Notes: generated by a model from the sequence alone, not told the origin. DNA of 64,000 nt from Planktothrix sp. GU0601_MAG3 (GCA_035193785.1 CP136572.1:4436578-4500577); one strand, 5' to 3'; numbered from the stretch's first letter, positions 38,339 through 50,509 are shown. Numbers and translations: made by a program.

Positions 38339-39766
38339 TTAGCTTGTTCCTTTTCCTTGAGAATAGGGCAGAAAAGTTGTGGTGGGTTTGAGGGGAAATC
38401 GAACTGTAAAGGTGCTACCTGTTCCGGGTTTACTTTCCACCTCAATACTACCACGATGGGCGATAACAATTGCTTTAACAATCGCTAATCCCAAACCCGA
38501 TCCTCCGGTTTTTCGAGAGCGATCGCTATGCACCCGATAAAACCGATCAAAGATTCGAGTTTGTTCGGTTAAAGGAATACCAATTCCCGTATCTTTAACT
38601 TGAATAATCGCCTGTTGATGACTGGAATCTAAACCTAAAATAATATTACCTCCGGGGGGAGTATATTGAATAGCATTAATCGCTAAATTAAAAATAACTC
38701 GATAAATTTGTTCTTCATTTCCTAGAATATAAATTGGTTCTTCCCCTCGAATATCTATGGTTAAAAATAGTTCGGCGTTTAATACCATTGCGGCGAGTTC
38801 TTCTTGAGTATCATTAATTAAATCATTTAAACAGCATAATTTTTTAGACCGGGATATAGTGTCTTGATCCATGCGAGATAATAATAATAAATCCTTGACT
38901 AATTGGGAAAGTCGCTGATTTTGTCTATCCACGGTTTTTAAGGTTTCCTTGGCTTCAGTTTCCGTTAAAGGTTCAAGTCTAATTGTGGATTCTACGGTGG
39001 CACGAATGGCGGCTAAGGGCGTTCTTAATTCATGGGCAGCATCGGCGGTAAATTGTTGCATTTGTTGATAGGAATAATAAATCGGTTGCATCGCAATTCC
39101 GGCTAATTTCCAACTAGCAAACCCCACTAAAATTAAGGATAGGGGTAAACCGATAACTAGAATTAATGTTACAATAGCCATATATTGATCAAAGTCCTGT
39201 AGCGATCGCCCTAATTGTAAAGTTCCCCAATTTTGTCGATTTTGAGTATGTAAAACCAAAGCATATTGACGGTAGCGAATGCCATTTTTATCCCGGAAGG
39301 TTTGCCAAATTTCTCCTTGATAACGGGAGAATAAATCGAAGTTATGGGTTCGGGTAAAAGCGACTAATTGCCCAGAATTGTTTAATAAACGAATTAAATA
39401 GGAGTTATGATGATAGGAGGCTAAACGATGATTTTTTTTATTTTTTTCATCGCTAGTTGATAAACAATTTAATGAGAAAGTAGGATAATTTAAAGGATTA
39501 TTTTGATCGGATTTAATCATACATAAATCGGGAATAATTCTTAAAACATCTGGTTCTAACTTTCCAGGTTGTTGTAAAACCGTTTCTAAGCTATCATGTA
39601 ATGTCTCAGCAACGGATTTTATTTCACGATCTAGGGTCATCCAATGGGCGTGGGCGATCGCTTCATAAACCCCTAAACCGCAAATGCTTAGAATCACTCC
39701 CATCACCCCGGCATAGTAACAGGTTAAGCGCAATTTTGTGTTATTAAACAGTAAATTTTGATTCAT
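38339..39766 (-). CDS. rppB: Sensor histidine kinase, RppB-like
   Basis: FTADAAHELRTPL, NAIQYT, DTGIGI, GGSGLGL; N-terminal TM. Confidence 0.85.
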   Translation of the reverse strand: MNQNLLFNNTKLRLTCYYAGVMGVILSICGLGVYEAIAHAHWMTLDREIKSVAETLHDSLETVLQQPGKLEPDVLRIIPDLCMIKSDQNNPLNYPTFSLNCLSTSDEKNKKNHRLASYHHNSYLIRLLNNSGQLVAFTRTHNFDLFSRYQGEIWQTFRDKNGIRYRQYALVLHTQNRQNWGTLQLGRSLQDFDQYMAIVTLILVIGLPLSLILVGFASWKLAGIAMQPIYYSYQQMQQFTADAAHELRTPLAAIRATVESTIRLEPLTETEAKETLKTVDRQNQRLSQLVKDLLLLSRMDQDTISRSKKLCCLNDLINDTQEELAAMVLNAELFLTIDIRGEEPIYILGNEEQIYRVIFNLAINAIQYTPPGGNIILGLDSSHQQAIIQVKDTGIGIPLTEQTRIFDRFYRVHSDRSRKTGGSGLGLAIVKAIVIAHRGSIEVESKPGTGSTFTVRFPLKPTTTFLPYSQGKGTS

Positions 39767-40465
39767 TAATTATTATCTATAATCAAACGATATCCTAAAC
39801 CATAAACAGTTTCAAGAAAATGATCACAACCAATTTCAGAAAGTTTCCTTCTTAGTAAGCGAATTTGAGCCGCCACCACATTACTTTCCGGTTCCGATCC
39901 CACTTCCCAAAGTTGACCCAATAGTTGATCACGATTGATAATTTGGTTAGGATGATGTAGAAAATAATCTAATAGTTGAAATTCCTTATTTGTTAAACTA
40001 ATTATTAAGGGTTTAATCAGAGATTTTTGATGGGAAAATGTATATAATTGATAATCTAAAATAAAATTTCCAATTTGTAACTTTTGCGGTTGTAATTGAG
40101 GAGAAACGCCGTTGTAAAGCGCGTAAACGAGCTAACAATTCCCCCATCCCAAAAGGTTTAACTAAATAATCATCAGCCCCAGCATCTAACCCCATAATTT
40201 TATCCGCTTCGGTGTCTTTTGCAGTTAAAATTAGAATGGGGATCAGACTGCCTTGGTGTCGTAGCTTTTGGCAGAGTTCAATTCCCGATAAGCCTGGTAA
40301 TAACCAATCGAAAATAACCAAAGTGTATTGTGTCCATTGATTTTCCAAATAATCCCAAGCTTCCATCCCATCCTGAACCCAATCTACAATATATGCTTTT
40401 TGGGTTAATATTCGTTTAATGGCTTCCCCTAAATCGGGTTCATCTTCCACTAACAAAATTCTCAT
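39766..40465 (-). CDS. rppA: OmpR-family response regulator, RppA-like (apparent frameshift at ~40103)
   Basis: MRILLVEDE, DWLLPG, GADDYLVKPF; ETVYGLGYR in the shifted frame. Confidence 0.88.
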
Positions 40466-40525
40466 GGTTTAAAATACCTAAAAGGATATAAAATTTCTTC
40501 CAGTATAACCTACAAGAACAGTGCT

Positions 40526-41429
40526 ATGATTCGACGACGTTCAACTCCTTGGATTCATCAAAAATCGAGATTTATCATTGCCAGTGTAGCTGCTTTTGGT
40601 GCGGTGATTGCCGCCTATTTAACCTTTATCAAACTGACAGGAGGAAGTGCAGCTTGTCCAATAACAGGTTGTGATCAAGTTCTGGAAAGTCCCTATGCAG
40701 TTGTTTTTGGTTTACCCCTGCCTTTGTTTGGGTTGGTGGCTTATATTATCATGGCAGGAATGGCAGTTTCCCCTTGGTTAATTAATTCTGAAACCCAAAA
40801 AAGTTTAAGAATAAAAACGGAAGATTGGACATGGATATTGATGTTTGCCCAAGCATCTGCCATGATGGTTTTCAGTTTTTATCTGATGTATATAATGGCA
40901 TTTGTCATTAAATCTTTGTGTATTTATTGTACTGCTTCTGCAATTTGTTCTATTAGTTTATTCGTTTTAGCTTTATTAGGTAAAGATTGGGAAGATCGAG
41001 GTCAACTATTTTTTATTGCGGTAGTCGTAGCAATGATTACTTTAATTGGAACCTTGGCGGTATATGCTCCCATTAATAGCCCTCGCGCCGAAGAAAATAC
41101 GTTTAAAATTACCACAATATCCGACCCAGCGAATATTGAACTGGCTGAATATTTAACCCAGTCCGGGGCAAAAATGTATGGGGCTTTTTGGTGTGGTCAT
41201 TGCCATGATCAGAAGCAATTATTTGGTCAACAAGCGGTGGAAAAGTTAACATATATTGAATGTGACAAAGAAGGGAAAAATCCGCAGCCAGATTTCTGTA
41301 AAGCCAAGAATATTGAATCTTATCCTACTTGGGAAGTTAAGGGTCAAATGTATTTAGGAGTTTCAGAGTTTGGAAAAGTTAGCCAAGATTTCAGAATATA
41401 AGGGATCTCGGACTTTTGGCGCTCGTTAA
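40526..41429 (+). CDS. Vitamin K epoxide reductase-thioredoxin fusion (apparent frameshift at ~41360)
   Basis: C..GCDQVL.S, CIYC, FWCGHC. Confidence 0.92.
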
Positions 41430-41573
41430 TATCAATCAAAACCCACAAACTGTGTTGTTGCACTTTAGCGCTCATTCCTAAAAGTAGACCCTAACTGAAA
41501 TCAGTTTTCAGTTAAACTTGTCGGGTGTGGCTGTGCTAAAGCGCAACAACGGAATATAATTAGGTTAGAATCT

Positions 41574-42969
41574 ATGCAGTTTGTACCGAATTTAAACAGA
41601 TCTCGTCGCAATTTCATACAATTGAGTGCTTTAGTTGCTGCTTCTTTTCCCCTTTGGTCAAGTTGTCAAAATAATTCTCAGGCTATTTCAGAAAATATTA
41701 TTATTATTGGTGCGGGAATTGCGGGAATTGCGGCGGCAAAAACCTTAAAATCTCAAGGATTTCAAGTTACTATTTTAGAAGCTCGCGATCGCATTGGGGG
41801 TAGAATTTATACAGATAAAACATTGGGTTTTCCCGTCGATTTAGGCGCGTCATGGATTCATGGAATTCAAAATAATCCGATTGGCAAACTAGCCCATGAC
41901 TTTAATATTGATATTAAACAAACCAATTATTATAATGTGGATTTCTACACGAATAATCAAAATAAAATTCCAGATTCTGAATTAGAAAAAGCTGAATCCC
42001 TATATGAAAAAATTATAGCCAGGGCTAAATCTTGGAGTGAAAATCAAGAGCAAGATGTCTCAGTTAATCAAGCTGTTAACCGCTTTTTTAAACCTGATAA
42101 TTTATCACCCCGTCAAGCTAAATTAGTCAATTGGTTATTAACTTCAGAAATTTTAATTGAGACAGGAGCAGACTTAGAAAAACTTTCAATTTGGGAATTG
42201 GATGAAGATGAAGCTTTTGACGGAGAGGATTATCTTTTTCCTAATGGTTATGAGCAAATTATTCAAAACTTAGCCCAAGGACTAGAGATTAAACTTCAAC
42301 ATCCCGTTACTGAAATTCAGTATAATAATCAACAAGTTACTGTAAAAACTCCTCAAGGTGATTTTTCAGGAAGTGCGGTATTAATCACCATACCATTAGG
42401 CGTATTAAAAGCCAATAAAGTTAAATTTATCCCAGAATTACCCCAGGAAAAAAAAACGGCAATTCAGAAATTAAACATGGGAGTTTTAAATAAAGTTGTA
42501 CTCAAATTCCCTCAAGTATTTTGGAAAAAAAGTTATGAATTTCTAGGATATTTGCCTAAAAGTAGCCCCAACTTTACAGTATTTCTGAATTTTGATTATT
42601 ATAACTCATCTCCGATGTTAATGGCTTTAACCGGAGGGAGTTTTGCCCGCAGTTTAGAAACCATGACTCAACAACAATTAACCGATAAAATCATGGTAGT
42701 TTTGCGAGAAATGTATGGCAATTCTATTCCTAATCCCCAAGAAATATTAGTCACTCGTTGGAGTTCTGACCCCTATACATTGGGTTCCTATTCCTATATT
42801 CCCCCCGGAACAACGGCGAAAGAACGAGATAGTTTAGCCTCTCCAGTTAATAATATGCTATTTTTCGCTGGAGAAGCCACATCTCGTCAATACCCGGCAA
42901 CCGTTTCATGGCGCCTATTTATCAGGATTAAGAGAAGCACAACGAATTCAACAAATTTTTATGAATTGA
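41574..42969 (+). CDS. Flavin-containing amine oxidase, Tat-like signal (apparent frameshift at ~42903)
   Basis: SRRNF, GAGIAG, EARDRIGGR, FFAGEAT..YPATVHGA. Confidence 0.9.
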
Positions 42970-42980
42970 TTTAACTTCTC

Positions 42981-43247
42981 CTATTTAACCGGTTTAGGAT
43001 GATTTAAATAATTGCTAATATCCGTAATCCGAATTAATACGGAATTAGCTGGCTTTTGACAACCACTTAATATTAAAATCAGAAAGAACAAACCCAAAAC
43101 AAAAATCACCGCCCAAACTCCATCAAAATCCCATTCGCTTTTTTTGACAAATTTCTGTTTGCAATAATTACAAAAGGCTTCTTGTCGGTCGGGATGGTCT
43201 ATGATTTCGCAACAAAGTTTTCCGTGTTTATCTCTGGGACAAGTCAT
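42981..43247 (-). CDS. Small Cys-rich membrane hypothetical protein
   Basis: CP..., CNYC, one TM; 8 bp downstream of the ybaK-like gene. Confidence 0.55.
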   Translation of the reverse strand: MTCPRDKHGKLCCEIIDHPDRQEAFCNYCKQKFVKKSEWDFDGVWAVIFVLGLFFLILILSGCQKPANSVLIRITDISNYLNHPKPVK

Positions 43248-43255
43248 ATAATCTC

Positions 43256-43768
43256 CTATAATTCCTGAGAAAATGCAAACATATCTGCCGGGTTAGCGAC
43301 TCGTAAATAATCTTTGGTTTGAATAATCAAAGATTGTGTTAAACTCGCTGCATTGAACCCGATTTTGTCATGCTCTAATAAAGCAAAATCAACAAATAAA
43401 TGGGTTAATTTATCCAAAATAGGTTGAGTAAAGGGAGGAATCGAACCTGGAACTAAACCCCCTGTTAACTCTCCTAATTCCTCTGTTGTGGCAAAGCGAA
43501 AACTTTTAATATCCGCTTTGAAATAGGCTTTGATAATGGAAGAATCGAGTTTATGAGTTCCGGGTAAAACCAACAGATTAAATTCACTCCCTGATCCTTT
43601 TCGATCCATCTTGATCACAATAGCTTTAGCACCAATTACGTCCTCACCCCCGGCATTAATACGAGCTTCTCGACTTTCTTTAGATGTTTTGCATTCGGGA
43701 TGGGTTAAATGTCGATATTCAACCTGATTTTCATGCAAATAATTCAGCAATTTTGTGGTGTTATCCAT
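43256..43768 (-). CDS. YbaK/ProX family aminoacyl-tRNA deacylase
   Basis: GAKAIV.K, RFAT.EEL..LTGG..PGSIPPF, FNAA. Confidence 0.85.
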   Translation of the reverse strand: MDNTTKLLNYLHENQVEYRHLTHPECKTSKESREARINAGGEDVIGAKAIVIKMDRKGSGSEFNLLVLPGTHKLDSSIIKAYFKADIKSFRFATTEELGELTGGLVPGSIPPFTQPILDKLTHLFVDFALLEHDKIGFNAASLTQSLIIQTKDYLRVANPADMFAFSQEL

Positions 43769-43839
43769 TGTGTTTTTTCTCCTAATTTAGAACGTAGGTT
43801 TTGTCCGGTTCCCCCTTTTTTAAGGGGGGTTAGGGGGGA

Positions 43840-44826
43840 TCAGGACAGGGCAATTAAACGACTATCGAAGATAAAGCCATCGCTACCCGTCGCGGCACGC
43901 AAGGCATCCAAGGAAGTTCGAGCATAGACACGCTGTAACCAGCGATCGCTCAAAACTGCATCTCGCGCATGGAGACAACGGAGGTTATTGAACATTAACA
44001 GCGTCCCCGGTTTGATCACAACAGACTTGGCAATAGGCGGTTTCAGGAAACTGGCAAAAGTGTCTAATGCTGTTTTAGCTTCGTTATCTAACGCCTGGAT
44101 GTTCCCTAAATTTCCCGTCACTTCCTCATAACCTGAATCGTTAGTGGTAATGAACGCTTGGGGTTTCGTTAAAATGGAATTGCCGTTATAGTCAAAGGAC
44201 TGAGGGGAATTCATGCGAAACCGAGCTTGACGTAAAATACGATCGCACTCTGGAAACTTACGCTGCAATTCTTCCATAACATCCCCCACATCAGCGATCC
44301 AAGTCTTGGTTTCTCCAGGGTTGCGTAAACCCAGTAACAAAAGAAATTCTGAGCGAAACTGTCGTTGCAAATGACCGTTATCCGCGTGCCAAGCAAAGGG
44401 GACTCGTCCAGCATTGGACTGAGTGTGAGAGAAACCCCGGATCGGTGCAATTTCATGGATAATTTGGCCCTGTTTTTCCTGCTGGAAAGCCAGAGGAAGT
44501 AACCCCGCGAGGTGCAACATTGCTAACAGCGTGATCTCACTAAACCAACCTTTATCGGCAGGGTGTTTGCCATTTAAAGGGGTTGGTGGTAACTCCTGAT
44601 CAATGGGGAGATTTTCAATCACGGCATAGGGACGACCGTATTGAGTCACTTTCCGTAATTCCTTCTCCAAAGGTTTGAGATAAACTCCTAATTGTCGGGC
44701 AGTTTCCCAGAGCACCGGAAAGGCTTTATCGGGATCTGGGTTGACTGCTTTCGCAGCTTTATGAAATACGCAATTGTTAGTTTCGGGTAGCGAAACTGTC
44801 AACGGATGCTCTAAACTAATGGTCAT
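43840..44826 (-). CDS. TauD/TfdA (clavaminate synthase-like) Fe/2OG dioxygenase
   Basis: WHAD, LLLGLR, NNLRCLHAR, DRWLQRVY. Confidence 0.85.
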   Translation of the reverse strand: MTISLEHPLTVSLPETNNCVFHKAAKAVNPDPDKAFPVLWETARQLGVYLKPLEKELRKVTQYGRPYAVIENLPIDQELPPTPLNGKHPADKGWFSEITLLAMLHLAGLLPLAFQQEKQGQIIHEIAPIRGFSHTQSNAGRVPFAWHADNGHLQRQFRSEFLLLLGLRNPGETKTWIADVGDVMEELQRKFPECDRILRQARFRMNSPQSFDYNGNSILTKPQAFITTNDSGYEEVTGNLGNIQALDNEAKTALDTFASFLKPPIAKSVVIKPGTLLMFNNLRCLHARDAVLSDRWLQRVYARTSLDALRAATGSDGFIFDSRLIALS

Positions 44827-45057
44827 AGTATTATTTGATGGCTATTGCTTAAGTTGTCTGAACAGATAGCTAAATCAATAGCTTTTTATCGCTTAAAAGC
44901 AACGCTGCTATGTAGTATCGAGCTTTCAAGGCATTTCCCGCAGTAGGGAAAACCATTTATCTGTCCTCATGTTTTAAATTTTTGCCTATTTTTTTGAATA
45001 GGTCACTGTCCTGAAATTAATTAAAATTTTGCAGATCCTTGACAAAATTCTGGTGCT

Positions 45058-46399
45058 ATGGTAGAGACATTGAGAATTCGTGACGATAAGTTGAATGAAA
45101 TTCAGAAGTTGATTGACAACCAGGAAGGCGGGGTTAATACGCTGCGATGGAAAGTAGCTGAATATCGGATAAAGAAGACTTTAGCTAAACGAGAACAAGA
45201 TATTAACAACGGAATCAATAAACAAGACTTAGAGTATTTAGATCAGCAAGAAATTATTCAATTTTCGTTTGTTGAAGAAATACTCGCCCATTTACCAAGA
45301 TTAGAAAATGAGCGATTGCAGTTGGATGAAATTAAAAACTATTTTTTCGAGCAGGTTATACAATCAAATGACTTTAAATTTTTTTTAGATAATTATCTGA
45401 ATGTAGAATTAAACTCTGCTCCAGTTTGGAAAAGTTTTAAAAAAGGACGTTTTATTAATAAAACCTCTTTTCAGTTATTTTGTAAAGTTTTACGTTTGAA
45501 TTGGAAAGAGGTGGGAATTTCTCATCAGGACGAGTCAAAAAGCGAGCAAGAAAAAATTAAGATTTCTTCGGAATTAGAATTGGCTCTTTCTTGTTTAAAT
45601 CATCAAAATCAACTATCTTCGTATCGCAATTTTTTAATATCTTCAGTATTAGGATTTAGAATTGTTGACATTTCACAAAAAGGGTGCATTCGTCCCTATT
45701 GGTTGCTAAAACGATTATTTCCTAAAAATGAGCAAAATTGGAAATGTGAGTTAATTAAATTTAATAGTAATTATTTGTATAATCTGGGTCATCAATTATC
45801 CCATCTTGGTTATCAATTAGAGTTACAAGCAGATATCTGTCGTCAAATTGATCACAAAGAGAAAGAACAATTATCCACACAAGATTTACAAAGTTTTTCA
45901 AAATCTTTAATAAAAAAAATAACGAGAAGTAAAGCCAATATTATCTTTGAGTTACAAACTGAACAAGGCGATCAAATTGAACAGTTAAAAGACTTTATTA
46001 ACATTATCGAACAACCAATAATCAGCGAGTTAAGACAAATTAGATCCAGCCAATTTAAACCTAAAATTGTCTTTGTGTGGTTAGATTATTCCTTATCATC
46101 TCAACCGTCTACTGTTGGAATTTTTAATAATGAACTCCCTATTGTGTCGCATTTTTCAAGAAACTGAGTTAATCACTTGGATTAATGAACAACAAATAAT
46201 CACCAAACTTTCTCAGTGGAAATCGGGCTTAAAGTTCCCGGAAAATCCAGAACAGTTTTTAGAAGAAATTTGGCGTAATTATCCTGATCTGGTTTTTGAT
46301 AACTCTGATATGATAGAACCGGAGATAGTTTTAGAAGGGTTTTATAAATTTATATTAAATAACTGGGAGAACTACAAACCATTATGGCAGAAACTTTAG
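45058..46399 (+). CDS. Putative inactive STAND (iSTAND) component of a MoxR-vWA system (apparent frameshift at ~46160)
   Basis: 'LSCLNHQNQ...GFRI...WLLKRL' degenerate P-loop-like region; overlaps the moxR start. Confidence 0.6.
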
Positions 46400-47415
46400 A
46401 CCCAATCAATCCTGATTTTACCGGGGAAAGAGAATTTCAACCCGAATCCGAAGAAAGAGATCCTGAGACTCAGGAATATCTTTATCCCTATTTAGCGAAG
46501 ATTAGTCCCGGGTTAATTGATGCGGTGAATTTAGCGATTAAACTCAAACGTCCGTTATTATTGGAAGGGGAACCCGGATGTGGTAAAACTAAATTAGCTA
46601 AAGCGATCGCCTATGAATTTAGCAAGCGATCGCAAACAAAATGGCCCTATACAGATTGGTATATCAAATCAACGGATCAAGCTAGGGATGGTTTATATTA
46701 TTATGATGCGGTTAGACGACTTTATGATGCTCAACTAGCAGCTATAGACGCCGAAGAAAAAGATAAAATTAAAGCCAGATTAAACGATCGGTATCATACA
46801 GAATATATCACATGGAAGGCTATTGGTGAAGCCTTTAAAGCCTCTCAAAATAATCAACGGATGATTGTTTTAATTGATGAAATTGATAAGGCGGATACGG
46901 ATTTTCCGAATGATTTATTATTAGAATTAGAAGAAAAACGGTTAGTTGTTCGAGAAACTGGGGAAGAAATTCGCGCCAAGGATGACTATGCACCGATTAT
47001 TTTAATTACCAGTAATGCTCAGAAAAAGTTATCCGATGCTTTTTTGCGTCGATGTTTGTATCATTATATTGAATTTCCTAAACGTTCAGAATTAGAACAA
47101 ATTGTTATAGCCAGATTTGGTAAAGATTGGTCAGATTCCCTGCTGAATTTGGCATTAAATCGGTTTTTAGCCATTAGAAAACAGATGACAGAGGATAAAG
47201 GAGATTTTGGTAAAAAGATTAGTATTAGTGAACTTATAGACTGGATAGGGGCGTTACGTTTTAAGTCAACAGAAGCCAAAATTGAAGAACTTTTGAATCA
47301 AACGAAAATTTCTGATGTCAGTTGTTTGTTAAAATCGAAAGAAGATGTTCAAAAATATAGCGAAATTGTTCCAGATGATGATCAGGTTGATGAGGATGAC
47401 GATGATGATTTTTAA
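46384..47415 (+). CDS. MoxR-family AAA+ ATPase
   Basis: LLEGEPGCGKT, VLIDEIDKAD, ITSN..K.L.DAFLRRC. Confidence 0.93.
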   Translation: MAETLDPINPDFTGEREFQPESEERDPETQEYLYPYLAKISPGLIDAVNLAIKLKRPLLLEGEPGCGKTKLAKAIAYEFSKRSQTKWPYTDWYIKSTDQARDGLYYYDAVRRLYDAQLAAIDAEEKDKIKARLNDRYHTEYITWKAIGEAFKASQNNQRMIVLIDEIDKADTDFPNDLLLELEEKRLVVRETGEEIRAKDDYAPIILITSNAQKKLSDAFLRRCLYHYIEFPKRSELEQIVIARFGKDWSDSLLNLALNRFLAIRKQMTEDKGDFGKKISISELIDWIGALRFKSTEAKIEELLNQTKISDVSCLLKSKEDVQKYSEIVPDDDQVDEDDDDDF

Positions 47416-47433
47416 TTCTATCTATAAGGAAAT

Positions 47434-48568
47434 ATGAATACTATCCTTGATTCTTATTATAAATATTATAAATTATTTACCGAACTCAGATATGCTGGGT
47501 TTGCTTTGGGAACACAGGATTATTTATTATTTATTGAAGCAATTAAAACCGAAATTTATCCGTTAGAAACCCAATAAACTAAAACAAATCTGTAGAACCC
47601 TTTGGGTAAAATCTCGCAGTCAATATCAACAATTTGAGGCAATTTTTAATCATATAATCCTTCCCCCTATTCCTGAAGAAACAGGTTCAGATCAACCTAT
47701 ACTGATTAAAAAAAATACTCCTAAATCTACCTCAAATCAAACTACAACCCCAAAAAAAGATATTGAAAAACCCCCTAATTTACCCGTAAAACCAGAAGAC
47801 AATAACGAATATTTTTTATTTCCCGCTTCCCCCCTAACCGACTTAACTTCCCTGGCGGAAGATAGCGAAGTTGTTAAAGCAATGAAAGTCTCTCCTCAAC
47901 ACAATTGGATGAATTTTAAGCTACCCCAAAACCCCAAGGAATATTTCCCCATTACCCCCGAACAAATGACCCAAGGATGGTATCAATTAAAATCTGTTTT
48001 GCAAACTGGAACTCGCTTAGAATTTAATATCCAAGCCACAATAGAACAAATCCAACGCCAAGGAAAACCGATCATACCCGTTTTTAAACCCTGTCGTCAA
48101 AAAACCAGTAATTTAATGTTATTTATCGCCCAACGGGGGTCAATGCAACCCTTTCAAATATTATCACGACAATTGGTAGAAACTGCTCAACAAACAGGCT
48201 GTTTAGACCCCAACCGATGTTATTATTTCCATCAACATCTCAGTGATAATTTTTTTAGAGATTCTGACTTTGAGGAAGACATTCCCCTAGATGCTATCCT
48301 AGAATTAACCCATCCTCAAAAAACCGTGATCTTAATTTTCAGTAATGGAGATGCGGGGGAAAAACGTTATTCTTCCTACCATTTTAACGCGACTCAAAAG
48401 GTATTAAATCGACTACAATCTTCTGTAAAAGCGATCGCTTGGTTAAACCCCTTTCCTCAACCCGATTGGCGCTATACAACGGCCGATCATATTGCTATAC
48501 TGAAAACAGTTAAAATGTTTCCGATTGATCGTCAGGGATTCTATAATGCCCTGCAAATATTGCAATGA
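47434..48568 (+). CDS. vWA/CoxE-like protein (apparent frameshift at ~47566)
   Basis: N-terminal 'ELRYAGF..GTQDY...CRTLWVKS'; degenerate MIDAS (AQRGSM, FSNGDA), AWLNP. Confidence 0.78.
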
Positions 48569-50188
48569 CGAACCCTTCTCTCCTCAATTCTAACCCCCAA
48601 ACCCAAGCGGCAAGAGAAACCATTGACCGCTTTTGTCAGCAATATGAGCAATATGGAAAAATTTATTATCAATTTGCCTGTTATGCCGCCTTTCCCTTAG
48701 CATTAACTCCCGATTTTCTCTATCGTTTACGCGATGAATTGTATTCAAAATTACCCGTTCCTTGGCTGGCTATTCCCCATTTATTGTTATCGGATTTATG
48801 TCAAAATATAGGGGCAGAACTCTATGAAATGGATCGAACTATTCGCGGTTTATTACTCCAGGAATTAACCACTGGTGAATTATCCCACCTTTCCCAATTT
48901 TCTCTCCGCTATATCAAACATCATTTTCAAACCGATATTCAGGGACTTGAGAAAGCGCAATATTGGACAGCTTTAGCCTATGTTAACCCCGAACCTGCGG
49001 CTCAAAAAATTGCCGAAGAACTGCGTAAATTATTGCAAAAACCCATTTCTAGGGACTGGTTGAGAATATCTTCTCTGGTGGAAACCCTAGCCGAACCCCT
49101 ACAAAAAGCTAATTTTCAACCCCTATTAACCTTAGCTGAAGCGATGGGAAAAGCCGCCAGGGGAAACTATACCGAAGCCGAACAACTATTTGCTCAACTT
49201 CGACAAAATAATAGTGTTAATATTGCGGGGGTTTCTGTTCCTTTACCTCCCTCTCCTATTCCAGCAAAAACCTTTAGTTTTGAAACCGTTACTGTTAACA
49301 ACCAAGGGGAAATTATCAAACGGGAAACCCAACAAGCCCAATACTTCACCGAAGACCTGGGGGATGGAGTCACGTTAGACATGGTTTATATTCCTGGGGG
49401 GACATTCCTCATGGGTTCACCGGAAATGGAAAATGGCAGCAGAGAGGATGAACGCCCCCAACATCAAGTTACAGTTCCGCCCTTCTTCATGGCCAAATAT
49501 CCCATCACCCAAGCCCAATGGCAAGCTGTTGCTAACTGGCCTAAAATTCAACGGGATCTTAAACCTGACCCTTCTCGCTTCAAGGGGAATAACCAACCCG
49601 TAGAAAACGTTACCTGGTACGATGCAGTCGAATTCTGCGCCCGACTCCTACAACGCACCGGACGCCCCTATCGTTTACCCTCAGAAGCACAATGGGAATA
49701 TGCTTGTCGCGCTGGAAACCACAACCCCGTTTTACTTTGGGGAAACCATTACCAGTGATTTAGCAAACTATGGTGGCAACTCCACTTATGCAGAGGAACC
49801 CAAGGGGAAATATCGACAAAAAACTACCCCGGTCGGTGAATTTTCCCCTAATGCCTTCGGACTGTATGATTTACATGGTAATGTCTGGGAATGGTGCGCC
49901 GATCCTTGGCATAACGACTATGAAGGAGCTCTAACAGGAGAAGAAGTTTGGGATGAAGAAAATAATAATGATAATCTTTATCAAATTTATAATATTGAAA
50001 ATTTAGTCAATTTATTAAGCAATGAAAGAGATCGATGTCTGCGGGGCGGTTCGTGGTTCTATGATCCTCCGAACTGCCGTTCTGCCGTTCGTAACAGGTA
50101 CTCTCCCGACGGCCTCGTCAACGGCTACTTCGGGTTTCGGGTTTGTTGGGTTGTAGGTGCGTCGTTGGTTGGTGTGCAGGCTTCTTAG
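48565..50188 (+). CDS. Formylglycine-generating-enzyme (FGE-sulfatase, CLec fold) domain protein (apparent frameshift at ~49715)
   Basis: F.MGS, PITQAQW, RLPSEAQWEYACRAG, NAFGLYDLHGNVWEW, LRGGSW, GFRV. Confidence 0.92.
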
Positions 50189-50225
50189 CCCTGTTTTTTT
50201 TCGCTATTAATTTTGATTAAACCCC

Positions 50226-50389
50226 GTAGGGGCGGGTTCGCGTCAACCTAAAATTCCCACCCCAAAACGTCCTAAACCCGCCCCGACCCCCGCAATAATT
50301 AACAAATAATCGGATATTCTGGTGGGGTTTGGGTGGGTTTATTCAGGTTATTTGTTATTATCAAATATTGTGACGGAACCCGCCCCTAC
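50226..50389. repeat. GTAG-type REP doublet (GTAGGGGCGGGTT...AACCCGCCCCTAC)
   Basis: inverted termini; related half copies at ~51967-52032 and 56631-56700. Confidence 0.7.
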
Positions 50390-50509
50390 GGATTAATGTT
50401 AATAAAAATTACCATTAATTTTGATTAACCCCCGACCCCATGGAAGATCCCCCTAAATCCCCCTTAAAAAGGGGGACTTTAAGAACATCTTATCCCCCCC
50501 TTTATTAAG

